Positions 35,631 through 44,369 of a DNA stretch of 46,387 nt are shown here, piece by piece; the stretch's first letter is position 1, and every line of letters begins with the position of its first letter. The notes beneath the pieces are model-generated. The model searched no databases. It saw only the letters and a list, made by a program, of their open reading frames with translations, and was not told the origin of the DNA. The stretch comes from Microthrixaceae bacterium (GTDB lineage: Bacteria; Actinomycetota; Acidimicrobiia; Acidimicrobiales; Microtrichaceae): assembly GCA_020439285.1 (NCBI GenBank), contig JAGQSZ010000002.1:3917-50303 (forward strand), given 5' to 3'. A program made the position numbers and the translations under genes.

Positions 35631-35722
35631 CCCACCCTCCTGGTCGCTGCCATCCGGAATTCGGTCAGCAGAACATGTGACGAGAGCATACGGCCACGGG
35701 GCGATCTGTACCCCGCCAGCAC

Positions 35723-36241
35723 TCAGTCGATCGCGCGCTGTGCAAGTTCTTCGACCAACTCGGCAACCATCTCCGAAGGTGGGCCCGGCAACCCGAGCAG
35801 AGCACTGAGATACAGGCCGTTGCCCACCACTTGAACAACCGAGCCCAGATAGGGATCAAGAGCCTCGAGCGGTTCATACAGCCGTTCCAGAGCAGAGCGA
35901 ATGAGTCCGTCGGACCCGGTGTCGTTCGCGTGAAGCGCAGCGAGTAGCGAATTGAAAGTTGTTGCCTCTTCAGGTCCTTGGATCTCATATGCGAGGTACC
36001 AGCGCACGATCTCTGCAGGGTCGCTCGGAGCGTCGCTGACCAGCGCATCGACCCGCTGATGGAGCCGTTCCCCGAAACCCTCCATCAACGATTGTTTCGA
36101 CGGGAAGTGGTACAGCAGTCCCCCCTTGGACACATTCGCATGCTTTGCAACGGCGTCGAGGGTCACGTTGCTGATCCCACCGGACACCACCAAAGTCTCG
36201 AACGAGTCGAGTATCCGCTCACGGTTGGACGGTCGAGCCAT
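35723..36241 (-). CDS. TetR/AcrR-family transcriptional regulator
   Basis: HTH region VTLDAVAKHANVSKGGLLYHFPSKQSL. It lies 6 nt downstream of the MFS stop, with a GGAGGG RBS. Confidence 0.9.
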   Translation of the reverse strand: MARPSNRERILDSFETLVVSGGISNVTLDAVAKHANVSKGGLLYHFPSKQSLMEGFGERLHQRVDALVSDAPSDPAEIVRWYLAYEIQGPEEATTFNSLLAALHANDTGSDGLIRSALERLYEPLEALDPYLGSVVQVVGNGLYLSALLGLPGPPSEMVAELVEELAQRAID

Positions 36242-36247
36242 TTGAGG

Positions 36248-37795
36248 TCAACCCTCCCCAGCGCCGGGTCGCTGTCGAGCATCTACGGGTTCGCCGGACA
36301 CCGATGGGTTCTTGCGAACAGCCGCTGCAGTCCACACGGTAACCGCTGCAAGGGCCAGAGTGGCGATGAGCGCCGCCGTGTGCAGGCCAGAGACAAAGGC
36401 CAGTTTCGCCCCGTTGACCAACACTCCTCCAACCTCGGAAGGCAACTTCTCAGCCGCAATTACAGCCGCTCCAAGTGTCTCGCGCGCAGCCTCTATCGAA
36501 TTTTGTGGCACCCCTTGGATCTGATCGATACGCGGTCGGTACACCGCTGTCAGGACACTACCGAGCAGCGCTGTGCCGAGCGCGATACCCAGTTCGTTAC
36601 TGGTCTCGGACACCGAGGCGCCCGCTCCCGCTCGTTCAGGTGGGATGACCGACATGATGCCGTCGATGGCCACGGTCATCGCCATGCTGAGTCCTCCGTA
36701 GGCGCCGGCGATCGCGAGAGTGGTCAGCGCAATCGGACCTGTTAGATCAACGATCATGAAGGTCGCGAAACCGATCGTTCCAAGCGCTAGTCCCACGGTC
36801 ATAACTTGGAATGGGCCGGTTCGTCGGACCAACGCTGGCGCTGCCAGCATCATGACGATCGCGGCGACCACCGCAGGCATCAGTTGGACACCGGACCGCA
36901 GCGCCGACATCCCGAGCACGAGTTGGAAGTACTGGGTGATGAAGAACAGGCCGCCGGCGAATCCGAACGAGGCGACCAGATTCGCGACAATCGCTCTGCG
37001 AAAGCCCGGAATGGCGAAGAGCCTTGTATCGATCATCGGGTCCGCCAGGCGGCGCTGACGAACCACGAACGCGGCCCCAGCCGACGCACCGATCACCAGC
37101 GCCAACAAACCGACCCGGTCGATTCCGCGCTCGGCAGCCATTTTGATAGCGAAGATCGTTGGGATCATCGCGACGATCGACAAAGCAGAACTGGGGATAT
37201 CGAAACGGCCCGGCGAGGGGTCCCGTGATTCGGGAACGAGGCGGGGCCCCAGGATCTGCAGTGTCACAGTGACTGGTACACCGACCAGGAACACAGACCC
37301 CCACCAGAAGTGGTCCAACAGCAGCCCACCGATGATCGGTCCGACTGCTCCTCCGATGGCGAATGAGGCTGCCCAGATCGATATCGCTACCTGCCGTTCC
37401 TGGGGATTGGGAAAGATGTTGCGAATGAGCGACAACGTGGACGGCATGAGGGTCGCTCCCGAGAACCCCAGTAGGGCTCTCGCTGCGATCAACGCTGATG
37501 CGCTCGGAGCGAACGCTGCCATAACCGAGGTAGCGCTGAACGCGGCCGCACCGATCATCAGCAATCGCCTTCGACCGATTCGGTCCCCGACCGAACCCAT
37601 CGTCACCAACAGACCAGCGAGAATGAACGAATAGATATCCACTATCCACAGAAGCTGCGAACTGGTCGGCTCGAGCGATTCAGAGAGATGGGGAACGGCG
37701 AACCCGAGCATGGTGCCGTCCATCGAGATGATCAGCACCGGAAGCACAAGGACCGCGAGAGCCTGCCATCGTCGTTCGTGGATACCGGGACGCAC
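36248..37795 (-). CDS. MFS DHA2-family (14-TM, EmrB/QacA-like) efflux pump
   Basis: 515 aa. N-terminus RRWQALAVLVLPVLIISMDGTMLGFAVP, then GSVGDRIGRRR. GTG start at 37795, probably leaderless. Confidence 0.85.
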   Translation of the reverse strand: MRPGIHERRWQALAVLVLPVLIISMDGTMLGFAVPHLSESLEPTSSQLLWIVDIYSFILAGLLVTMGSVGDRIGRRRLLMIGAAAFSATSVMAAFAPSASALIAARALLGFSGATLMPSTLSLIRNIFPNPQERQVAISIWAASFAIGGAVGPIIGGLLLDHFWWGSVFLVGVPVTVTLQILGPRLVPESRDPSPGRFDIPSSALSIVAMIPTIFAIKMAAERGIDRVGLLALVIGASAGAAFVVRQRRLADPMIDTRLFAIPGFRRAIVANLVASFGFAGGLFFITQYFQLVLGMSALRSGVQLMPAVVAAIVMMLAAPALVRRTGPFQVMTVGLALGTIGFATFMIVDLTGPIALTTLAIAGAYGGLSMAMTVAIDGIMSVIPPERAGAGASVSETSNELGIALGTALLGSVLTAVYRPRIDQIQGVPQNSIEAARETLGAAVIAAEKLPSEVGGVLVNGAKLAFVSGLHTAALIATLALAAVTVWTAAAVRKNPSVSGEPVDARQRPGAGEG

Positions 37796-37797
37796 GC

Positions 37798-37829
37798 AGT
37801 TACTATACCGTCTGGTCGGTATAGTAACT
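37798..37829. promoter_or_regulatory. 13-bp perfect inverted repeat with 6-nt spacer overlapping a -10-like TATAGT (candidate TetR operator)
   Basis: AGTTACTATACCG-TCTGGT-CGGTATAGTAACT. On the minus strand TATAGT ends 6 nt before GTG 37795. Confidence 0.65.
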
Positions 37830-37906
37830 AAGAAGTGGTTCTGGCGCGTCTGAACCCATCAACCGCTCCTCCGGTGGAGAAATGAACATTCCTCCGCGCC
37901 TACCTG

Positions 37907-37922
37907 ATACCCTATGGGGTAT
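37907..37922. promoter_or_regulatory. CsoR/CstR-type operator (fourth copy)
   Basis: ATACCC-TATG-GGGTAT. The 18-mer ATACCCTATGGGGTATGT is identical to the copy at 31787-31804. Confidence 0.65.
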
Positions 37923-37958
37923 GTATTCGCAGTATTCCGTCCCATCTAGACCATCGGC

Positions 37959-38177
37959 GTGTTGAACGTCTGCGGGCTCACCCGAATTCTCGTTCCCGCA
38001 TCACTTGCCGGATTGATGGTGTCGGTCGTAACCAGTAGCGACCTGTGGGGATGGGTGGCAGCGGTTGCGCTCGGAGCAGCGCTGGTTCTTGTGGGCCGGG
38101 TCCGCGGGACCCAGACCGCATGCCCTATTCCAACTACCCCGGCAGCGTCTGACCGAAGCAGGTCAACACAGAGATAG
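37959..38177 (+). CDS. Small hypothetical membrane protein (72 aa, two predicted TM helices)
   Basis: GTG start. ILVPASLAGLMVSVVTS and WGWVAAVALGAALVLVG are hydrophobic segments. It is the only plausible ORF in an otherwise 367-nt gap. It overlaps the convergent gene by 15 nt. No SD sequence. Confidence 0.4.
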   Translation: MLNVCGLTRILVPASLAGLMVSVVTSSDLWGWVAAVALGAALVLVGRVRGTQTACPIPTTPAASDRSRSTQR

Positions 38178-38654
38178 CCCGTTCTCTATGAGCGCCCCCG
38201 TGCTCATACGTGCACCCTCGATGTCCGGGTTCGGCGACCACACCGGAGCGAGCGACTCCCCCAGCCCCTTCGACTGTGCCTCAGGGTTAAGGGCATAGGT
38301 TGCGTCGGGCGTCACGAGCGTCACGGCACCGCCAGCGCAACGGAGCGTCCCCTTCTTGATGGTCAGTGGCCAGTCCGCGCCGTAGTCAGAATTGGTGACA
38401 ACCCGACCACCGTCGGATGTGTCAGTACCCGGAAATTCCTTGGCTGCGTTCTTGCCAGTGTTCCCATCGGTGTCTGAGTTGCCACCGATGAGGCTCCCGA
38501 TAGCGAGGCCCACCACCACAACGATGCCAAGGACCACGAGCCCGAGCCCCAAGAGTCGACGCGGATCAACCGAACCCGATCCGTTGCCGTTAGGTCCGGT
38601 CGACCCATTGGCTGGTTGCCTCGTATCGATCTCCGAACCATCGGTGAAACTCAT
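38163..38654 (-). CDS. Membrane-anchored DUF2511 (YebY-like) domain protein
   Basis: N-terminal TM segment (LGLGLVVLGIVVVVGLAIG). The C-terminal domain DWPLTIKKGTLRC...YALNPEA...RMSTGALIENGLSLC matches my memory of the YebY pattern. Confidence 0.65.
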   Translation of the reverse strand: MSFTDGSEIDTRQPANGSTGPNGNGSGSVDPRRLLGLGLVVLGIVVVVGLAIGSLIGGNSDTDGNTGKNAAKEFPGTDTSDGGRVVTNSDYGADWPLTIKKGTLRCAGGAVTLVTPDATYALNPEAQSKGLGESLAPVWSPNPDIEGARMSTGALIENGLSLC

Positions 38655-38679
38655 GCTGGTACCCCCTCACTCACGCCAC

Positions 38680-38699
38680 GAACTCGCCTTGGCGAGTTC
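38680..38699 (-). other. Small perfect stem-loop between the P450 operon end and the DUF2511 gene
   Basis: GAACTCGC-CTTG-GCGAGTTC. It lies 118 nt after the 38817 stop and 26 nt before the 38654 start. No U-tract. Confidence 0.3.
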
Positions 38700-38816
38700 C
38701 CTTCATGTGGCATCTCCTAGCGATGGTCTACACGCATGGATACCCGGATTCAATGGCCCAGTTGATTCACCGGCCCAATTCGACACAGGGTCGGACCACG
38801 ATCCGGACCGTGAATG

Positions 38817-39572
38817 TCAGATCCGCTTCGATTGTCCTCCGTCAACGGCGATGATCTGCCCGGTGATCCATGACGCCTCGTCAGATAGGAGGAACATCAA
38901 CATGTTCGCCAGATCTTTGGGCGTACCCATGCGTTTGATCATCACATCACCAAGCAGGATGTCGGTGTGTTCCTTGCCCCCTGCGACGATGTGCGTGGCT
39001 TCGGTATCGGTCGGACCCGGGGCAATCGCGTTGACCCGGATGTTCCGTCCAGCTAGTTCTGCTGCCAGGTTGATTGTCATGGAGTTGAGACCGGCTTTGG
39101 CCACTGCGTAGAACCCGGCTGCCATCCATGCTGCGGTGGATGTCTGGTTGACGATCGCTCCGCCGCCCACGGCACGCATGTGCTTCCAAACGGCGCGTGA
39201 ACAATAGAGGGCACCGTTGAGATTCACCTCCATAAAGCGGTGGTAGTAGTCGAGATCGACTCGCAGCATCGACTCGATCTGCATGCCGTGATAGATCGCT
39301 GCGTTGTTGACCAAGTGATCGATTCGACCGAATCGCTCGATGGTCGCCTCGGCCATCGCCATGCAGCTATCCGGGTCTGACACATCGACTTGGATTGCGG
39401 CCGCTTTGCCGCCTAACGCCTCAATGGCTGCCGCTACACGCGACGCGTTTTCGAGGTTGATGTCGGCGACAACAACTGCGGCACCCTCTTCGGCCAACGC
39501 AACGGCATAGCCCTCACCAATGCCCTGGCCAGCTCCGGTGATAATGCTCACCTTTTCGTCGAAACGTCCCAC
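38817..39572 (-). CDS. SDR-family oxidoreductase
   Basis: TGAGQGIGEG, NNAA and YAVAK. GTG start with AAGAAGGA upstream. Confidence 0.85.
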   Translation of the reverse strand: MGRFDEKVSIITGAGQGIGEGYAVALAEEGAAVVVADINLENASRVAAAIEALGGKAAAIQVDVSDPDSCMAMAEATIERFGRIDHLVNNAAIYHGMQIESMLRVDLDYYHRFMEVNLNGALYCSRAVWKHMRAVGGGAIVNQTSTAAWMAAGFYAVAKAGLNSMTINLAAELAGRNIRVNAIAPGPTDTEATHIVAGGKEHTDILLGDVMIKRMGTPKDLANMLMFLLSDEASWITGQIIAVDGGQSKRI

Positions 39573-39575
39573 TGT

Positions 39576-39968
39576 TCAATCCTTCTTGTTGTCACGGGCG
39601 ATGATCGCCTCGACCTGGTTGTTCATTCGGGCTGCACGAGGCCAGCCCGCGTAATGAGCGAAGAAGATCACGATCTCCCGAAGCTGCTCGTGTGTGAGTT
39701 CATCGTTGCCGAGCGCGGCCGGCAGTTGGATGTCGAGAACGTCCTCTTGACCTGACCCGACGCACAGTCCGATCAACAACAGGCGCCGGTCACGGTCAGA
39801 AAGCCCGGGACGGTTCCAGATGTCGGCGAAAAGATGATCGACGGTGTAGCCGAAGAAATCACCGGGACCGTCATTCATGTCCCATCCATAAACCTGGGAC
39901 ATGCGGTTGAGTCCGGCCGCGCGCTGCGCGCTCATCTCCCCACCGGTGCCATGTTCAGCTTCTGTCAT
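39576..39968 (-). CDS. Carboxymuconolactone-decarboxylase (CMD/AhpD-like) family protein
   Basis: FADIWNRPGLSDRDRRLLLIGL...HEQLREIVIFFAHYAGWP. Confidence 0.8.
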   Translation of the reverse strand: MTEAEHGTGGEMSAQRAAGLNRMSQVYGWDMNDGPGDFFGYTVDHLFADIWNRPGLSDRDRRLLLIGLCVGSGQEDVLDIQLPAALGNDELTHEQLREIVIFFAHYAGWPRAARMNNQVEAIIARDNKKD

Positions 39969-40810
39969 TGGTCCTCCTGTGGAACTCCGAGTTCGCCGGC
40001 CAAGCGTTGCAGGGCCATTTCGGCGAGCGGCGTATCAATGCCCAACTCGGATGCGAGTTCGATTGCTTGGCTCAGGTCTTTGTGTCCGAGCGAAGCAACA
40101 TTGGTCATCACCGAATACCAGCCGTCATCTGGGGAGATCCTGGCTGTCGTGTCGCGCAACATGATTGCGCCGGGCCCGCCGGTTACGGCGTCGGTGTGAC
40201 GAACTATCGCCCCCAACTCGGCCACGTCGATCCCGGCAGCTTCGGCCAGCCGTGAGGCTTCACCGGCGGCGGTGAATGCCACGAAGTGCATCAGGTTGCG
40301 AGCGAGTTTGGCGCGGGTGCCCGAACCAACCGGTCCCAAGTGGCTGATCTTGGACGCGAACTGACTGAGCACCGGAGCCGCGAGAGCTACCGCAGTGTCG
40401 GTTCCGCCGACCATGACGGCGAGCGTCCCATCTGCAGCTCCCATCGCTCCGCCGCTGATCGCTGCGTCGATCACGTGCACACCGTGTGGCTCCGCGAGCT
40501 CAGCCAACTCCTCAGCGGTCGACGCACGGATAGTCGAGTGGATCGCTATCACCTGATCTCGACGAGGAGAGACGAGCAGAGCCTCGACCACTTCGCGGAC
40601 CTGATCGTCGTCTCTCACGACAACAGACACGACATCGGCCGAACTCCCCACGTCAGCTACATCGACTGCCAGTCGGGCGCCCTTGGCAACGAGCCGATCA
40701 GCGGCTTCGGGACGAACGTCATAGACGACGAGGCCGTCGCTATTTCCGAGGAGTCGCTTGGCCATCGGGGCGCCGATGTTGCCGAGCCCGATAAATCCAG
40801 CGACGGCCAT
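39965..40810 (-). CDS. 3-hydroxyisobutyrate-dehydrogenase-family NAD(P)-dependent oxidoreductase
   Basis: N-terminal GFIGLGNIGAPMAKRL Rossmann motif, 281 aa. ATGA overlap downstream. Confidence 0.85.
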   Translation of the reverse strand: MAVAGFIGLGNIGAPMAKRLLGNSDGLVVYDVRPEAADRLVAKGARLAVDVADVGSSADVVSVVVRDDDQVREVVEALLVSPRRDQVIAIHSTIRASTAEELAELAEPHGVHVIDAAISGGAMGAADGTLAVMVGGTDTAVALAAPVLSQFASKISHLGPVGSGTRAKLARNLMHFVAFTAAGEASRLAEAAGIDVAELGAIVRHTDAVTGGPGAIMLRDTTARISPDDGWYSVMTNVASLGHKDLSQAIELASELGIDTPLAEMALQRLAGELGVPQEDQ

Positions 40811-42279
40811 CAGATCCCTTCCGCCATCGACTTGATCTCCAAGTACTCCTCTAGCCCAGCGACTCCCATTTCGCGCCCGACACCGCTTTGTTTGTATCCC
40901 CCGAAAGGCATATCGGGGCTGTAGAAGATGCCGCCGTTGATCCCCATCGTCCCAGTCCTGACTCGGCGCGCGACCGCCCGGGCCCGCTCCACGTCACCGG
41001 CAACCACCGCACCGGACAGTCCGAATTGCGAGTTGTTGGCGATCGCTACGGCGTCATCGTCACCGTCATGTGAGATCACCGCCAGGACAGGACCGAAGAT
41101 CTCTTCCTGGGCGACGGTCGAGTCCTGGTCGACACCGGTCAACACTGTGGGTTCCACAAAGAACCCTCCGGCGAGGTCTCCTTCGAGCGCACCTGCCTTG
41201 CCGCCAAGGGCCACGGTTGCTCCCTCGGCCACAGCTGTGTCGATGTATCCGAGCACACGGTCTTGTTGGACCTTCGATATGAGGGGTCCGGCGAAGTTGG
41301 CGGGATCGTTCGGGTCTCCCCATCCGATTCCGTTGATCATCGCGACCACTGCGTCGACCATCTCATCGTGACGCTCACGTGGGACGAGCATGCGGGTCGT
41401 TATCGCGCAGCCCTGACCCGAGTGGGACATGATCTGGAACGCGACGCCCATTGCAGCGATCGTGGCATCCGCGTCGTCGAGAACGATGTACGCCGACTTG
41501 CCACCGAGTTCGAGGAAGGTCTTCTTGATGCTCTGCGCCGCTGCTTCCATCACTTTGCGCCCAGTACCGGTAGAGCCGGTGAAGGACACCAGATCGACCC
41601 GCGGATCAGTGCACAGAGTCGCGCCGATCAGCTTGTCCGCAGAAGTAATCGTGTTCAGAACACCAGCGGGGATGTCTGTCTCGGTCGCGGCTAGTCGACC
41701 CAGCACGTTCGCGGCCCACGGCGTGTCGGGCGCTGCCTTCAACACGATGGTGCAACCGGCTCCGAGCGCCGGGCCGACCTTTGCCAGATTGATCTGATGC
41801 GGGAAGTTCCAAGGAGTGATCGCCCCGACGACCCCGACTGCCTCACGGCGGATCGTTCGCCTCGACCGAATCCCGAACGGCTTCGCCTCACCCATGTCAG
41901 TTTCCCATTCATAGGAATCGACTGTGTCTGCGTAATACCCGAGCCCCGAGACAGGCACATCGAGTTGTGCGCCGTGGGTGAGCATGACCGGACAGCCGAC
42001 CTCGGCCACGGTCATCTCACGGATCTCATCACTGTGGCTTTCGAACGCTTCTTGGAGTTGTCGAAGACAGCGTGCACGAAACTCTGCGTTGGTCGACCAG
42101 TCGGTGTTGTCGAACGCGGCGCGAGCCGCTCCGATCGCCCGATCCAGATCCCCGGCAGATGCGTCCGGTGCGACTCCAATGACCTGGCCAGTGGCCGGGT
42201 TCAGGTTCTCATAAGTTGCGCCGCCCTCGGCCTCGCAAAGTTCCCCATCGATCAGCAGTCGATGCTCCTGGAGACTCAC
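40810..42279 (-). CDS. NAD(P)-dependent aldehyde dehydrogenase
   Basis: FTGSTGTGRKV, ELGGKSA and the catalytic region GQGCAITTR. 489 aa. Confidence 0.9.
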   Translation of the reverse strand: MSLQEHRLLIDGELCEAEGGATYENLNPATGQVIGVAPDASAGDLDRAIGAARAAFDNTDWSTNAEFRARCLRQLQEAFESHSDEIREMTVAEVGCPVMLTHGAQLDVPVSGLGYYADTVDSYEWETDMGEAKPFGIRSRRTIRREAVGVVGAITPWNFPHQINLAKVGPALGAGCTIVLKAAPDTPWAANVLGRLAATETDIPAGVLNTITSADKLIGATLCTDPRVDLVSFTGSTGTGRKVMEAAAQSIKKTFLELGGKSAYIVLDDADATIAAMGVAFQIMSHSGQGCAITTRMLVPRERHDEMVDAVVAMINGIGWGDPNDPANFAGPLISKVQQDRVLGYIDTAVAEGATVALGGKAGALEGDLAGGFFVEPTVLTGVDQDSTVAQEEIFGPVLAVISHDGDDDAVAIANNSQFGLSGAVVAGDVERARAVARRVRTGTMGINGGIFYSPDMPFGGYKQSGVGREMGVAGLEEYLEIKSMAEGI

Positions 42280-43115
42280 TAGTTCTTTCCCCCTTGCCCC
42301 TGCTCGCTGGGAACATCGGCTTTGTCTGTTTCGATTCGTTTTCGGATTGGTGCTTCCGGGTTCACTTCAACCAATGACAGGTGCGTGCCGCGTGGAGCAC
42401 ACACCACTTCGAGTACTGCTCTGGCGATTGAATCCGCGCCCAGGAAGGTGAAGTGTCGCAGTAGTCCCCAACGCTTCCACTCCCCGAGCGTCCGGTCGAT
42501 CACTTCTGGATCCCAGTCCCAACCGAGTTCGGTTTGTGTCGGGCCCGGCCTGACAATCGACGCTCGAACACCGGTCCCTTCGAGTTCCATCTGCAAGGTC
42601 CTCCCGTATGACTCGAGCCCGGCCTTCGCTGCGTTGTATGCACCGACCAATGGCCTTGGGTGGATCGAGTTCTCTGAACTGACCAACACGATGTCGCCTC
42701 TTTGCCGGGCGATCATCGCAGCGAGAACTCCGCTGACCATCCGTTGAGCACCACCGAGGTTCAAGTCGATCTGCGCGAAGAAGCTGTTGGTATCAGGCGA
42801 ATCCGGTTCGGCAGGAATCAGGGTTCCAGCGTTGGAAACGAGCACTTCGATATCTCCGATCGATTCCCTTGCACTCTCAAGTGCCGAAAGAACCGAATTG
42901 TCGTCGGTGACATCAACGGGCACCGCTACTGCTTGTCCGCCGGTTTCGTTGATCCTTGAGGCGAGTTCCTCGAGCCGGTCGACTCGCCTTGCGCCGAGCG
43001 CCACGGGGAATCCTGCACCTGCGAGGGCAGCCGCAATTGCTGCACCGATTCCGGAGGACGCGCCGGTGACGAACGCCGGACGACGTTCGGGGTGAGGTGG
43101 AAAACCTTCAGCCAA
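42279..43115 (-). CDS. SDR-family oxidoreductase
   Basis: TGASSGIGAA, SNAG and YNAAK. TTG start with AGGAG 7 nt upstream. Confidence 0.8.
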   Translation of the reverse strand: MAEGFPPHPERRPAFVTGASSGIGAAIAAALAGAGFPVALGARRVDRLEELASRINETGGQAVAVPVDVTDDNSVLSALESARESIGDIEVLVSNAGTLIPAEPDSPDTNSFFAQIDLNLGGAQRMVSGVLAAMIARQRGDIVLVSSENSIHPRPLVGAYNAAKAGLESYGRTLQMELEGTGVRASIVRPGPTQTELGWDWDPEVIDRTLGEWKRWGLLRHFTFLGADSIARAVLEVVCAPRGTHLSLVEVNPEAPIRKRIETDKADVPSEQGQGGKN

Positions 43116-43124
43116 GTCGAACTC

Positions 43125-44357
43125 CTATGCCGAGGCGGTGCGCCAGGTCATCGACGCTGGCAGCACGTCGAAACCACGCACGTTCACGGAGTGGACACGC
43201 CGCGCTCGGTCAGCATCGATCTCATAGCCCGAGAACCTGGCGAGCCATTCCTCGAGAGCGACCCGTGCCTCGAGTCGGGCCAAGGACGCGCCCATGCAGA
43301 AGTGTCTGCCGAAGCCGAAGGACATGATCTGACTGGTGTCGCGCCCGAGACGGTACTCATCGGGGTTTTCGAAGACATTCTCATCGCGGTTAGCTGATCC
43401 CACTAGGAACACCACACGGTCACCGGCAGGGATCCGCTGACCGTGCAGTTCGAAATCAGTGGTTGTCGTTCGAGCGAGTAGCTGAGTTGAGGTGTCGTAG
43501 CGGAGCGTTTCCTCCACCCAATCGACCACGGTGTTCGTCCCGTCCCAGACCTTCGCGAGTTCGCCCGGGTTCCGCCACAACCAGTAGAGGCAGTGCCCCA
43601 GAAGCTTCGTGGTGGTCTCGTTTCCGGCGATCACCATCAGGAACAGGAACGCGATGACGTCGTCGTCAGCGAGTCTGTCCCCATCGACCTCTGCGGCCAA
43701 CAGCGCCGAGGTCAGATCATCGGTCGGGTGCTCACGACGAATCGCGATCATGTTGGTGTAGTACTCGACGAGAGACATCGCTGCCTCGATGCCGGCCGGG
43801 GGCACGTCGTCAATGCCGTCCTCGCGGTGAACGACCAGGTCTGCCCAACGGCGGACCTCATCTCGATCAGCCTTGGGAACGCCCATCATCTCGCTGATCA
43901 CGTCCATCGGCATCTTGCCCGCGAAGTCCCTGATGATGTCGAAGTCGTCGATGTCTCGGGCAGCGTCCAGATAGCGCCCAGCGATCTCCCTGATCTGGGG
44001 TTCCATCTGAGCGACCCGACGTGGAGTGAATCCCTTGGAGACCAGTCCCCTCATCCGAGTGTGCATAGGTGGGTCCATGGCGAGGAACGACATGACCCGG
44101 TGGGCATGCGGGCCACTTGCGGCCTTGTCGAGTGTCACTCCGTTGGCTGATGAGAACGTCTCGTTGTCACGGAACCCGTCCTCGACGTCAACATGGCGAG
44201 AGAATGCCCAAAAGCCAAGCTCGGCGTTGTGGTAAACCGGCGCTTCAGCCCTCAGTCGCGCATAGAACGGATAGGGATCCTCATGGACCGCGTAGTCATA
44301 GGGGCTGTAGTGAACTTCTCCCTCGTTAGCGAGGGCCACTGAGTCAATCGTGTTCAT
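43125..44357 (-). CDS. Cytochrome P450 monooxygenase
   Basis: Heme loop FGFGRHFCMGASLA, I-helix AGNETT and ETLR (ExxR). ATG 44357 (MNTIDS) has GGAG 8 nt upstream. Confidence 0.9.
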   Translation of the reverse strand: MNTIDSVALANEGEVHYSPYDYAVHEDPYPFYARLRAEAPVYHNAELGFWAFSRHVDVEDGFRDNETFSSANGVTLDKAASGPHAHRVMSFLAMDPPMHTRMRGLVSKGFTPRRVAQMEPQIREIAGRYLDAARDIDDFDIIRDFAGKMPMDVISEMMGVPKADRDEVRRWADLVVHREDGIDDVPPAGIEAAMSLVEYYTNMIAIRREHPTDDLTSALLAAEVDGDRLADDDVIAFLFLMVIAGNETTTKLLGHCLYWLWRNPGELAKVWDGTNTVVDWVEETLRYDTSTQLLARTTTTDFELHGQRIPAGDRVVFLVGSANRDENVFENPDEYRLGRDTSQIMSFGFGRHFCMGASLARLEARVALEEWLARFSGYEIDADRARRVHSVNVRGFDVLPASMTWRTASA

Positions 44358-44369
44358 TCCGGTCTCCAA

